From: a virus | DNA length: 43,301 nt | Direction: 5' to 3' (one strand) | IMG/VR virus record: IMGVR_UViG_3300025834_000002 | Shown here: positions 25,883-34,608 of the stretch, piece after piece | Numbering within the stretch: the stretch's first letter is position 1 | How the letters are laid out: the number at the start of each line of letters is the position of its first letter | The notes under the pieces: model-generated | Told to the model about the DNA's origin: nothing | What the model saw: the letters and a program-made list of their open reading frames with translations, nothing else | The model's database searches: none | Program-made: the position numbers and the translations under genes

Positions 25883-25911
25883 ATTATATACTAAGTAAAC
25901 TAGTTTGTAAA
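25883..25911 (-). promoter_or_regulatory. Sigma-A type promoter (the -35 overlaps the end of the upstream gene)
   Basis: Minus strand TTTACAaactagtttacttagtaTATAAT, then N5-AGTAAG. Confidence 0.7.
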
Positions 25912-27045
25912 CATATTTTTTACGTTTTTACTAAAGTTCTTACAGAACCGTTCGTAGCGCTCTCTATCTTCCAAACGCTTCACAGAATCAAGTTCTGATA
26001 TGCTCTGAATCAAACTACTATAATCAAGTTTAGATATACGCTTATTTATTGTAGTTTTACTTAAATCAACTATTAGTTTGTTCTGCTTCCAGAACTCTAA
26101 AATATCCCTTTGTTCACTGAATGCATTATCTAATACGCACCTACTATCTATTAAAGGAATACAACGCCTAGAGATACATTCATAAAATCTTTGTATACTA
26201 AACTCTTTCTTATTGTTTGCTGGTACCACATAGCTGAACTTAGCTCTGTTTACTTCTTTAAAGTATTCATTCTGTGGTATAACATCATTCCTTCCACCAT
26301 TCCAAAATCTATCGTTGGCATAAATCTTAAATTTGGAGTTCTCAGCTATTCCATTATACAAACTATCGTGCAGGTATTTCCTTCCGATATAAGTAATTGT
26401 ATATCCAAAAACAAAGTCCATATCCTTTTCTACCGCAGCAATCTCTTTTCTATAGATATACATATCATAAATAGGTAAGAACTTTACTCCCAATTCTTTC
26501 TGCTTATATACTCCAAATCTACCAACCTTACAATTTCCTGCATAAATCTCTTCCAAATTAGGCTCTAGCCAATCAACTATAAATTGGATTGTAGGAATTG
26601 CATACTTTCTGCTTATATAATAGAACGGATATGTTTGCCTATATTTTGTAAGCATACTATTAAAAGTAACTTTGAGTTCTTCACCACTATAAAATGTTTC
26701 AAACGATTCACGCATTTGTTTTGTAGGTGAAATGGAGTAAGCATAAAATAAAACTAAATCATAATCTGAACCTAGAACTCTTTTAATCTTAACATTATCT
26801 ACCTTCCACATTTGCTTGTTAGCTGCTTTACTTATAATCTTATCTAGCAATAATACCTTAACCCCTGCAGCTACTAGGCGGCTTATGAATCCATGTTCTT
26901 CATATTGCTTATATTTCTTAGCTTGACATATTACAAACGTAATTTCATTATATTTTGCTAGCCTGAGGATAAAGTATATATAAGCTCTCACAATCTCAAT
27001 TTGCACATCCATAAGATGCAGTGGTATTGTAGCCAAAATCTTCAT
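25900..27045 (-). CDS. GT-B-like glycosyltransferase resembling phage DNA beta-glucosyltransferase
   Basis: 381 aa. C-terminal block KKEFSIQRFYECISRRCIPLIDS (26143..26211) resembles, from memory, T4 beta-GT NDNFITLRVWETMASDAVMLIDE. DFVFGYTITYIGRKY resembles DVIYGGSFRSGQRE. Confidence 0.5.
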   Translation of the reverse strand: MKILATIPLHLMDVQIEIVRAYIYFILRLAKYNEITFVICQAKKYKQYEEHGFISRLVAAGVKVLLLDKIISKAANKQMWKVDNVKIKRVLGSDYDLVLFYAYSISPTKQMRESFETFYSGEELKVTFNSMLTKYRQTYPFYYISRKYAIPTIQFIVDWLEPNLEEIYAGNCKVGRFGVYKQKELGVKFLPIYDMYIYRKEIAAVEKDMDFVFGYTITYIGRKYLHDSLYNGIAENSKFKIYANDRFWNGGRNDVIPQNEYFKEVNRAKFSYVVPANNKKEFSIQRFYECISRRCIPLIDSRCVLDNAFSEQRDILEFWKQNKLIVDLSKTTINKRISKLDYSSLIQSISELDSVKRLEDRERYERFCKNFSKNVKNMFTN

Positions 27046-27112
27046 CTTCTATTCACTCCTTTTACTTTATATTCAAAAAGGAGCCTTTCGGCTCCCTTCG
27101 TTTCAATTGCTA

Positions 27113-27934
27113 CTACTTTAAACCTTTTTGAATTCTCTCCACCTCGAGTTTTACATCTGGTATAAAGCTGTTTAGGAAATACTCATCTTTCTTTAGGTAA
27201 GGTTTCATTTGGTCGTAAGTTTTCATTGGGGAACCATATCCATATTTCCAATCACTTTGTTTAATATAATCATTTACCTCAATTGCCCTAAACATTAACC
27301 TTCTCAGCATATCAGGGTGTACCATTGCGAATGCTAACTTGCTAATGTTTGTGCGCTCACTTGCTTGCTTAATTTTTATTTTGTGAATCATTCCCTCATT
27401 TTGAACGAATCCACCAAACATTATTTCCAAATTCACTCTAATACCTTTTTCCTCTATTGCTTTTACTATTTGTAATGCTTTAATGCTATTATCAATTATT
27501 TCTTGTTCGCTTGTACCTGAATTGTAGCTGATGTTCTTTATTATTGTAATTACTTTTGCTCTCTGAATTACCTTCTTGCTATTAACCATATTGGTTGGAA
27601 TGTTTTGTAGGTACCTTGGTACATTTGCTTGAAATCCACCTACATCATAGTAATTCCTGCTTACTGCTTTTGCTCCAAATTGATTCTCAGACACCTTTAA
27701 AATTTGAGTTAGCTTCTTGGCCATATCTTCCCAGCCGTTCTTAGCTAAGTCCTGCGCTTCATCATAAGTTTTTGTTTTATTAAATCCATAGTAGTAATCT
27801 GTGCTGCTTAATTTCCCCCACCTAAATATTTCATTCAGTGCTGTTTCTGCTAAGTACTTCTGAAATTCTCCCATACTATCAAAGTGCTTTGTTGCTGTTA
27901 TTCTGCTACCATCTCTTATTCTACTCTCCACCAT
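27113..27934 (-). CDS. CobT-like vWA-domain protein with degenerate MIDAS
   Basis: KVITIIKNISYNSGTSEQEIIDNSIKALQIVKAIEEKGIRVNLEIMFGGF follows the vWA pattern beta-strand, DxSxS, helix, strand, but reads YNSGTS instead of DNSGS. Confidence 0.45.
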   Translation of the reverse strand: MVESRIRDGSRITATKHFDSMGEFQKYLAETALNEIFRWGKLSSTDYYYGFNKTKTYDEAQDLAKNGWEDMAKKLTQILKVSENQFGAKAVSRNYYDVGGFQANVPRYLQNIPTNMVNSKKVIQRAKVITIIKNISYNSGTSEQEIIDNSIKALQIVKAIEEKGIRVNLEIMFGGFVQNEGMIHKIKIKQASERTNISKLAFAMVHPDMLRRLMFRAIEVNDYIKQSDWKYGYGSPMKTYDQMKPYLKKDEYFLNSFIPDVKLEVERIQKGLK

Positions 27935-27996
27935 AACTAATACCTCTGCTTCCTAGCAAACTATATTTTATATTACCAATTGCTTAACCTAGTATA

Positions 27997-28025
27997 ATTA
28001 TATCATGCTATGGTGTAATAGTAAA
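27997..28025 (-). promoter_or_regulatory. Sigma-A type promoter (extended -10)
   Basis: Minus strand TTTACTattacaccatagcaTGaTATAAT; AT-rich tract upstream. Confidence 0.7.
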
Positions 28026-28072
28026 CATATATTTATAATAGTTATATTATTACTATATATAGTAGTAGTATA

Positions 28073-28354
28073 TTATATATATAAGGGTGGTGTGGCTTGC
28101 TTTTGCTTGCTTCCAGCTTTTATATTTGCACGGTTCTTTTGCGCTTTATTCCAGTTTTTATTTGTATGTAGCACATTCGGAATATGGGATAGTATTTGCC
28201 GTTCTAAAACCCTATTACACAAACCAATCTCTTCACGCATCTTTACCTTTACAATTCCCAAATCTGCTTTCCACCTAACATATTTATCGCATCCATTGTG
28301 GCAGCCTAGGGTTCTTTCTGAGCAATTATAACATGGGCATTTATCATTAAGCAT
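28073..28354 (-). CDS. Cys-rich small protein (93 aa)
   Basis: N-terminal CPCYNCSERTLGCHNGCDKY metal-binding-like cluster. RBS AAAGGAGGTATGT. Confidence 0.55.
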   Translation of the reverse strand: MLNDKCPCYNCSERTLGCHNGCDKYVRWKADLGIVKVKMREEIGLCNRVLERQILSHIPNVLHTNKNWNKAQKNRANIKAGSKQKQATPPLYI

Positions 28355-28373
28355 ACATACCTCCTTTGCGCAT

Positions 28374-28395
28374 AAAAAAGGCGCTTTTCAGCGCC
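28374..28395 (-). terminator. Rho-independent terminator
   Basis: Minus strand GGCGCT-GAAA-AGCGCC followed by TTTTTT. Confidence 0.8.
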
Positions 28396-28413
28396 CCAGG
28401 ATATGCTTGCAAA

Positions 28414-28776
28414 TCAAAAGCTTTCGACCTTCTTATATATGCGCTTTAAATTGCTATTTTGCTTCTTAAACTCGCGCATTATGTGGGCCTTGAGCTTCTG
28501 AATTACAGCATTTAAGTCGGGCTTGTTCTCTCTTATAAAAGGAATATACATAAGCGCTTCAAATTGCCAAAATGGATTAACAACATTACCGCCTTGCATA
28601 TACCATTGCGTGAATAGCGGTTTGCGTATATCTGATTTAAGTACCTTCCTTGCAATATTGTTCTCAGCTAAATAATATATTTGCTTAGTTTGTTTCTCCA
28701 CCATTACTACGAAATGTTTCTCTATTATACCATCCTCTTCACCATTAAATATCTTTACCACTAACATACCTTGCAT
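28414..28776 (-). CDS. Hypothetical protein (120 aa)
   Basis: ORF with GGAGGTG RBS. Confidence 0.5.
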   Translation of the reverse strand: MQGMLVVKIFNGEEDGIIEKHFVVMVEKQTKQIYYLAENNIARKVLKSDIRKPLFTQWYMQGGNVVNPFWQFEALMYIPFIRENKPDLNAVIQKLKAHIMREFKKQNSNLKRIYKKVESF

Positions 28777-28838
28777 ACCAGCACCTCCAAGAAATATTTT
28801 ATTAGTTCTATATTATAATATTTCCCAAAGCTTGTATA

Positions 28839-29408
28839 TTATTCCTCTAAATTTAGGTGCCTTAATTTTCTAGGTACAAAGGCATATAAAGCAATACATC
28901 CACTATCTGCTGCATCATCATCCCACTTTACTTCACCTTTCTTATTAAGTGATTTAATAGAAGAGGTAAACCCAAGCTTACATATATGCTTAATTGTGGG
29001 CATTTTATTATCCCCATCAATACCCTTAGTTGTTCCTACTACTTTGCTCTTCCAAGCTCTAGTATCTGCACTAAATACCTTTATGCCCTGCTTCCTAGCA
29101 GTATCTACTATTGTACCAACCAAAGCTCCAGTACACTTCATATAGGTTATGCTGAGAACTCCACCTCTGTGCATTCTAATACGCTCTGTAATTATTATTA
29201 GCTTCTCAGCTTTTGGAATCAAATTTGTAAGTAGCTGCTCAATGATTCCACCTAACATAATTCTTTTATCTGACTTGCATATGCAACCTTTAAAGTTTGT
29301 TGACCTAACCTTAAGTAACTTACCATCTGCTGCAATACTTATCCCTGTTTTTGTGTAGCTTTGGTCAATTCCTATAGAAATTACTTTGTACATATAAATA
29401 CCATACAC
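28839..29408 (-). CDS. ruvC: RuvC-like Holliday junction resolvase
   Basis: ISIGIDQSYTKTG (first catalytic Asp), ERIRM, and DDDAADSGCIALYA (C-terminal acidic pair). Start is either GTG 29408 or ATG 29393. Confidence 0.75.
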   Translation of the reverse strand: MYGIYMYKVISIGIDQSYTKTGISIAADGKLLKVRSTNFKGCICKSDKRIMLGGIIEQLLTNLIPKAEKLIIITERIRMHRGGVLSITYMKCTGALVGTIVDTARKQGIKVFSADTRAWKSKVVGTTKGIDGDNKMPTIKHICKLGFTSSIKSLNKKGEVKWDDDAADSGCIALYAFVPRKLRHLNLEE

Positions 29409-30181
29409 CTACAACACTCTTCAAACGCCATTCCAAATAAGTTATTTACCATTGCTCCGAGCTTAGTATTCTTTATGAGTTTCCTGTATACATAATTTAC
29501 CTCACCTTTTCCACTCAGAATAGATTTTAGTTTCTTAGCATCTGGGAAACAGCCAACCTCATTCTCAATAGTAAAGTCACCTAGCACCTTGCGCATTTCT
29601 GCTAGCGTGTACTCATAAGTATGGTCATTAGGATAGTACATATCTTCCTTCTTAAAATGAATTGGAGTACTCAATATCAGCTTACCATTAGGTTTCAATA
29701 GCTTACCTATATTTACCATAAAGCTCCCTACTTTACCTTCTGGTATATGTTCAATAACCTCCATTGCGGATATTATATCAAATTTACCATGTTTCTTAAA
29801 TAGCTGCTTACAAAAGGTGCCCTCACAAATATCCCCATTTTCAGAATATACCAATTTCTGCTGAGCTTGCGTAAGGTAATCTAGCCCATCCAAAATACCT
29901 GCTCTAATATCCACCCCTACATATCTCAACCGCTTTGTATTAAAATCCCTAGCCATGGATTGCTGCATCTTAAGTAGGTTACCATTGCTACACCCAATAT
30001 CTAAAACATTCAGCTCATTATCCTCTGCTTCTTGTGCATTTATATACTTTGTAGCAATCAACATACGAATTACAAAAGCTAAACTAGCACTACTACTCCA
30101 TAAATTCTTGCCATCCAAAGTTCCCTCTGCTCCATCTTTTGCATAGCTTCCATTAATTATTTCTGCTTTTTTATCATTCAT
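29381..30181 (-). CDS. Class I SAM-dependent methyltransferase (not a canonical DNA MTase)
   Basis: Motif I VLDIGCSNG, then DIISAMEVIEHI and LLKPNGKLILSTP. Start MNDKKAEI in ATGA overlap with the upstream stop. No DPPY/NPPY or PCQ motif seen. Confidence 0.8.
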   Translation of the reverse strand: MNDKKAEIINGSYAKDGAEGTLDGKNLWSSSASLAFVIRMLIATKYINAQEAEDNELNVLDIGCSNGNLLKMQQSMARDFNTKRLRYVGVDIRAGILDGLDYLTQAQQKLVYSENGDICEGTFCKQLFKKHGKFDIISAMEVIEHIPEGKVGSFMVNIGKLLKPNGKLILSTPIHFKKEDMYYPNDHTYEYTLAEMRKVLGDFTIENEVGCFPDAKKLKSILSGKGEVNYVYRKLIKNTKLGAMVNNLFGMAFEECCRCMVFICTK

Positions 30182-30981
30182 AACTTTATCCTCCCTACAC
30201 CACAATTAAAGCAGGCATCACGCATATCACATTTTTGCGCTCTTTTGCAATCTCTACTGCTGCATATACCTTTTACCATCTTACCTTCTTCCAATACCCT
30301 ACGCTTATAAAACCTAATAGCTTCTAAGCGCTCAACATAATCCTCAACCTCAGTAGCATCATACTTTTGCATAAATATTTTAAAATCTTGCGTATTCTTG
30401 TCCTCCACCAATACAAAGCCCTTATGTATACCAGTCAAGTGCATATACATCATGAGCTGCTTCTTGCCGCTAGGGTGGCTAGTACAATGCTTAAATTGGA
30501 AGGTGTTCATGGACTTTATCTCTACTACCTGCTGTTCACCCATAAAATCAATTATTGCATCGGGTGTATAGCTTAACTCATAGCGCTTATTAAATCGGCT
30601 TCGGTCCATATCCCTAGCGGCTCCCAGTTCGCCCCTAATGAATAACCTTTGCCACTTCTCATGAATATAATTGCCCTCTTCAAATATACGTTTAAGGCCA
30701 CTTGGTATATTACTGGATTGAATTCGCTTATATAGCAAGCTAAGTACTTGTTCCCTATAGCAGAAATCCCCTTCACCTACAATAATTGCGCTTGCATGTA
30801 GTCCAGCTCTTTCTGCATTAAACCCATTCTTAGTAAGTAAATTATAAATTAGTTTTGATTCTTCCTCAGAGTTTGGCTTTAAGAAGAATAGCTTATTAAA
30901 CTTTTGTTCTAGCATTAAATTAACCGTGCTTAAACCTTTACCGTGCGCTTCTGCTTTAATGCTATCTCTCAGACTACTCAT
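30178..30981 (-). CDS. Cas4/RecB-family PD-(D/E)xK exonuclease with Cys cluster
   Basis: PDAIIDF...VVEIKS core, N-terminal GDFCYRE Cys, and C-terminal C-x6-C-x5-C-x5-C-x2-C. Confidence 0.7.
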   Translation of the reverse strand: MSSLRDSIKAEAHGKGLSTVNLMLEQKFNKLFFLKPNSEEESKLIYNLLTKNGFNAERAGLHASAIIVGEGDFCYREQVLSLLYKRIQSSNIPSGLKRIFEEGNYIHEKWQRLFIRGELGAARDMDRSRFNKRYELSYTPDAIIDFMGEQQVVEIKSMNTFQFKHCTSHPSGKKQLMMYMHLTGIHKGFVLVEDKNTQDFKIFMQKYDATEVEDYVERLEAIRFYKRRVLEEGKMVKGICSSRDCKRAQKCDMRDACFNCGVGRIKL

Positions 30982-31918
30982 CGTCTTCCTCCTCTTCTAT
31001 AGCTTTTTTGCTAATTCCTCTGGACTTCATAATTTCCTTTCGTATGCTAGCCATTTGGTCAAAGGATACAAAACCCCTATCAAAAAATAATGGTATTTCT
31101 GCTTCCATCATTGGATTGCAAACCTTTGATTTAATTACTTTAAGCTTCATAATCATACCAATCTTTTCACTCTCCGCAGAACTATTTATATTCTTATTTG
31201 GAATATCAATCCAAGCCCTGCGTGCAGTTCTAATTCTTACGCTTGAATAGAATCTAGGTGCCCTACCCCCAGGAGTATCATCCTTTTCCCCAAAGGCCAT
31301 AGCTCCTATCTTATCTACCACTTGGTTCATCATAACAAATGTGGTGCCTGAATACTCAATAACCTCTTCTAAAATTGGTAAGTGCTTGTGAAATAACCTA
31401 GCCCTTCCACCCATTCTAGCTTCCATAGTTTCATCATTACCAGACTTAATAGCTTTCTTTAGCTTCTCAATATCTTCCTTTGGCTTGCAAGCTGAAACCG
31501 TATCCAAAATTATTAAAGGTATTCCAGCTTCTGCAAAGTTCTGTATTTTGTTCATTGCTGCATCCCCATGTTTGGGTCTATATACCAGCATCTGCTTAGC
31601 CCTATTACCAAATTGTGCTGCTCTCTGAGCATCAAAAGTTCCTTCGGCTGGAACATATAAGCACAAATCATGCTGCCCACAGAGCTGATACCCTAGGGAT
31701 GTTTTACCAGAACTCTCAGGTCCAAATATCTCAAACATCCTTCCCTCAGGCATTCCACCTCCTAAAATATTATCTAAGTCCTCAATACCTGAGCCCCACC
31801 TTGGAATCTTCAAAATAGATTTTTTGGAACCTAGCGAATAAATAGAACCTGTTCCTTCTTTCTTCTCAATGCTAGCACATAGCCGCATTATTGCTTCTTT
31901 ATTTGTTTTTGCTGCCAT
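30974..31918 (-). CDS. recA: RecA-family recombinase
   Basis: GIEDLDNILGGGMPEGRMFEIFGPESSGKTSL (Walker A), LIILDTVSA (Walker B), acidic C-terminus EEEEDDE. Confidence 0.85.
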   Translation of the reverse strand: MAAKTNKEAIMRLCASIEKKEGTGSIYSLGSKKSILKIPRWGSGIEDLDNILGGGMPEGRMFEIFGPESSGKTSLGYQLCGQHDLCLYVPAEGTFDAQRAAQFGNRAKQMLVYRPKHGDAAMNKIQNFAEAGIPLIILDTVSACKPKEDIEKLKKAIKSGNDETMEARMGGRARLFHKHLPILEEVIEYSGTTFVMMNQVVDKIGAMAFGEKDDTPGGRAPRFYSSVRIRTARRAWIDIPNKNINSSAESEKIGMIMKLKVIKSKVCNPMMEAEIPLFFDRGFVSFDQMASIRKEIMKSRGISKKAIEEEEDDE

Positions 31919-34608
31919 TATCTGTTCAACCCCTTCATATATAGCGTACTATTGTACTTCTTTATTCTCTCCACATATACACTCTTTTTGAATTCCAATG
32001 CGCCACTCTCTTGTAATGCTCTAATTACCTTAGCATTAATTTGTCTCTTCGGAACTCTCTCTAGGAAATCCTCTAAGCTCTTAAATCTGCCTTTCTTACG
32101 CTCTGCTTCTATTGCTGCTGCTGCTTTCTCTCCTACATTCTTTATATTTGAAATACCAGCAGATAAAACATCTTCACCTTCAAATTTTACCATCTTATAC
32201 ATTGAACCAAAATTAACATGCGGCAATAAAACAATACCACCATCTCTTACATAAATTGTCTCAAATCTGAATCTGTCCTCTTTCTTAGCATATTTTAGAG
32301 TAACATACCAGAACTTCTCTGGGTGATATACCTTATAATACATCTGTTCAATGCTTATTACCCCATAGCCTGCAGCATGTCCTTTGTTAAAGGAATATAT
32401 AAGCAATACATTAAATATATGCTCAGCTTCTTTCTTTGAGTAACCTCCTGCCTTAGCGCCTTTATAGAATATTACCTTAAGTTCTGCTATCTCTCGGTCT
32501 CTAAATTTAATAGCACGACCTCTACCTTTCAGAACCTTCAATATCCTATCTACTTCACCCCATTCATACTTACCAATCTCCCTACAAATCTTAACTATCT
32601 GCTCTTGGTATATTATTGTGCCATATGTTTCCTTTGAATATCTGAACCAAGGACTGCTCTTAACATCCTCTAGGTTGCGCTTGTTATTTGCATAAGCTTC
32701 TGGCATTTTTAAACTCATAGGTCCAGGTCTATTTAAAGCAGAACCAGCAAGTATATCTTCTACACAATCTGCTTCAATCTGCTGCAATATGTTCTTTGCA
32801 CCATTTGACTCAAATTGAAATATACCATCTGTATTTCCCTTTCCAAATTCCTTCATAATCTTTTCATCTTCGCACCATGAGTATTCAAAATATTCTCCAG
32901 TAAGTTCTTGCATTTCTTTGAGGACAGACATTGTTCTAAGGCCTAATATATCAAATTTAACAACCCTTATTAATTCCAAATTACCCAAATCATAAGCTGT
33001 AACTATTTTACCTCCATGCTTCTCTAGCGCGACGTAATCAATCAAATCCGCACCTGTAATTGCTACACCTGCAGCATGTGTTCCATAATACTTAATTTTC
33101 TTATACATCTTTGAAAAGTGCTTCACTATATTATCAAACTGCTTGTTTAACATCTTGCATTCAATTTTCTTTTGGACCTCTTCATAGTCAAATATTTCCT
33201 CTTTTACATTGTCCTTAAGAAACTTCTTAATCATTAATTTATCTTGCACTTCCTCTACTCCGCATACCTTAAATAAATCATTTAGTAAATTATCTACTTT
33301 ATACAATCCATAAGATACAACCTGAGCTGAGAACCCCTCATACTTTTTAACCAAATACTCTATTACCTCATGGCGCCTATCTGTTTCAAAATCAAGGTCT
33401 ACATCGGGAACCTTCTTCTTATCCATTCGCATGAATCGGTCAAAATCAAGGTTAAAATATAGGCTATCAATGTTTGTAATATCTAGTGCATAAGCTGTCA
33501 AGCTATTACAAACTGAACCTCTTCCAGGTCCAACCATTATGCCTTGCTCTTTAGTCCACTTAACATAATCTTGAACTATCAGAAAGTAATCTACAAAGCC
33601 AAGATGTGAAATAACATCTATCTCATGCTTACACCTTGCTATGGCTTCTTTAGTATACTTTCCCTTCTTCTTTAAACCACGCTTAACTTCTTTAATTAAT
33701 GTACCTAGAGAATCTTCACCTTGCACTGTTGGGAGCTTTAAGGGTAGTTGGTCTAAAATATCAGCCTCACATTTATCTACTATTTCATCTAGGTTAGCTA
33801 CCATCTTCTTAGCTATTCTATACGGGTCCTCAAACTCTTTACCGTGCATCTTCACAAATCGCTCTATTATTTCCTCTTCGGTTGGCATATATCGTTCCGA
33901 ATAAGTATCTCCCATTTCATGCCCTGACATTTTATGCATTTTACAATAGCTATCATAATCTGCCTTAGCTCCATAGTGCGAATCTGAGGTTAGTATGCAC
34001 TTTACCTTATTAGCTCTAGCCAGCTGCATAATCTTAGTATTCACTCTCTCCTGCAAACCGGTAGCGGTATCTACTTCTGCTCCCGGCTTATTGTGCAATT
34101 TATAAGGTTGTATCTCTATATAGAAGTTAGCTCCAAAAATAGCCTTATATTTCTTTAATGCTTTCTCAGCTAATTTCATATCACCTACAGCAATCATCTG
34201 ATTAATAAAGCCTCCTACGCACGCTGATGTGCATATCAAGCCTTCCGAATATTTCTCTAATAGTGCAAAATCTACTATTGGTTTATAATACATCTGCTCG
34301 AGGTTAGCTATTGTAAGAATTCTATTAAGGTTCTTATACCCAGCTAAGTTCATCGCAAATAAGCATAAGTGGTACCGCTTAACGCTAGCGCCATCAAACT
34401 TAGGTTGGAAGTAAGCCTCTACACCCAAGATTGATTTTATACCCACCTCTTTACAAGCGAAATATGTTTCTGCTAGCCCTGAGCTTGAACCGTGGTTGCT
34501 TGTGCTGAGCGCTTTGTGCCCCATATCTAGCGCTAGTTTAGCAAGCTGTATTGGCTTTCCAAATCCATCAAACAAACTAAATTCATCATGCCTATGCAAA
34601 TCAATCAT
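31918..34608 (-). CDS. dnaE: DNA polymerase III alpha subunit (DnaE-type, compact 896 aa)
   Basis: N-terminal PHP motif DLHRHDEFSLFDG, VPDVDLDFE, GTHAAGVAI, KFDILGL, IYQEQ, and a C-terminal HhH (NIKNVGEKAAAAI). Confidence 0.9.
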   Translation of the reverse strand: MIDLHRHDEFSLFDGFGKPIQLAKLALDMGHKALSTSNHGSSSGLAETYFACKEVGIKSILGVEAYFQPKFDGASVKRYHLCLFAMNLAGYKNLNRILTIANLEQMYYKPIVDFALLEKYSEGLICTSACVGGFINQMIAVGDMKLAEKALKKYKAIFGANFYIEIQPYKLHNKPGAEVDTATGLQERVNTKIMQLARANKVKCILTSDSHYGAKADYDSYCKMHKMSGHEMGDTYSERYMPTEEEIIERFVKMHGKEFEDPYRIAKKMVANLDEIVDKCEADILDQLPLKLPTVQGEDSLGTLIKEVKRGLKKKGKYTKEAIARCKHEIDVISHLGFVDYFLIVQDYVKWTKEQGIMVGPGRGSVCNSLTAYALDITNIDSLYFNLDFDRFMRMDKKKVPDVDLDFETDRRHEVIEYLVKKYEGFSAQVVSYGLYKVDNLLNDLFKVCGVEEVQDKLMIKKFLKDNVKEEIFDYEEVQKKIECKMLNKQFDNIVKHFSKMYKKIKYYGTHAAGVAITGADLIDYVALEKHGGKIVTAYDLGNLELIRVVKFDILGLRTMSVLKEMQELTGEYFEYSWCEDEKIMKEFGKGNTDGIFQFESNGAKNILQQIEADCVEDILAGSALNRPGPMSLKMPEAYANNKRNLEDVKSSPWFRYSKETYGTIIYQEQIVKICREIGKYEWGEVDRILKVLKGRGRAIKFRDREIAELKVIFYKGAKAGGYSKKEAEHIFNVLLIYSFNKGHAAGYGVISIEQMYYKVYHPEKFWYVTLKYAKKEDRFRFETIYVRDGGIVLLPHVNFGSMYKMVKFEGEDVLSAGISNIKNVGEKAAAAIEAERKKGRFKSLEDFLERVPKRQINAKVIRALQESGALEFKKSVYVERIKKYNSTLYMKGLNR

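Noticed and set aside
27935-28080. The AT-rich tatata/tactac-rich tract might be a replication origin.
   Set aside because: It contains a clear promoter (27997..28025) and could simply be its UP element plus the 3' end of the upstream ORF. No iterons or DnaA-box-like repeats were evident.
28812-28838. Possible promoter TATACA-N15-TATAAT upstream of 28414..28776, and a similar TTGCTT-N15-TATAAT at 24712..24738.
   Set aside because: The spacer is 15 nt and the -35 is poor, unlike the eight exact N17 promoters. Not convincing without transcript data.
30573-30776. Minus-strand ORFs nested out of frame inside larger genes (30573..30776, 12993..13193, 6138..6377).
   Set aside because: They are fully contained in genes with clear domain signatures (Cas4-like nuclease, MuF, tape measure). 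They have no RBS or coding-like composition of their own.
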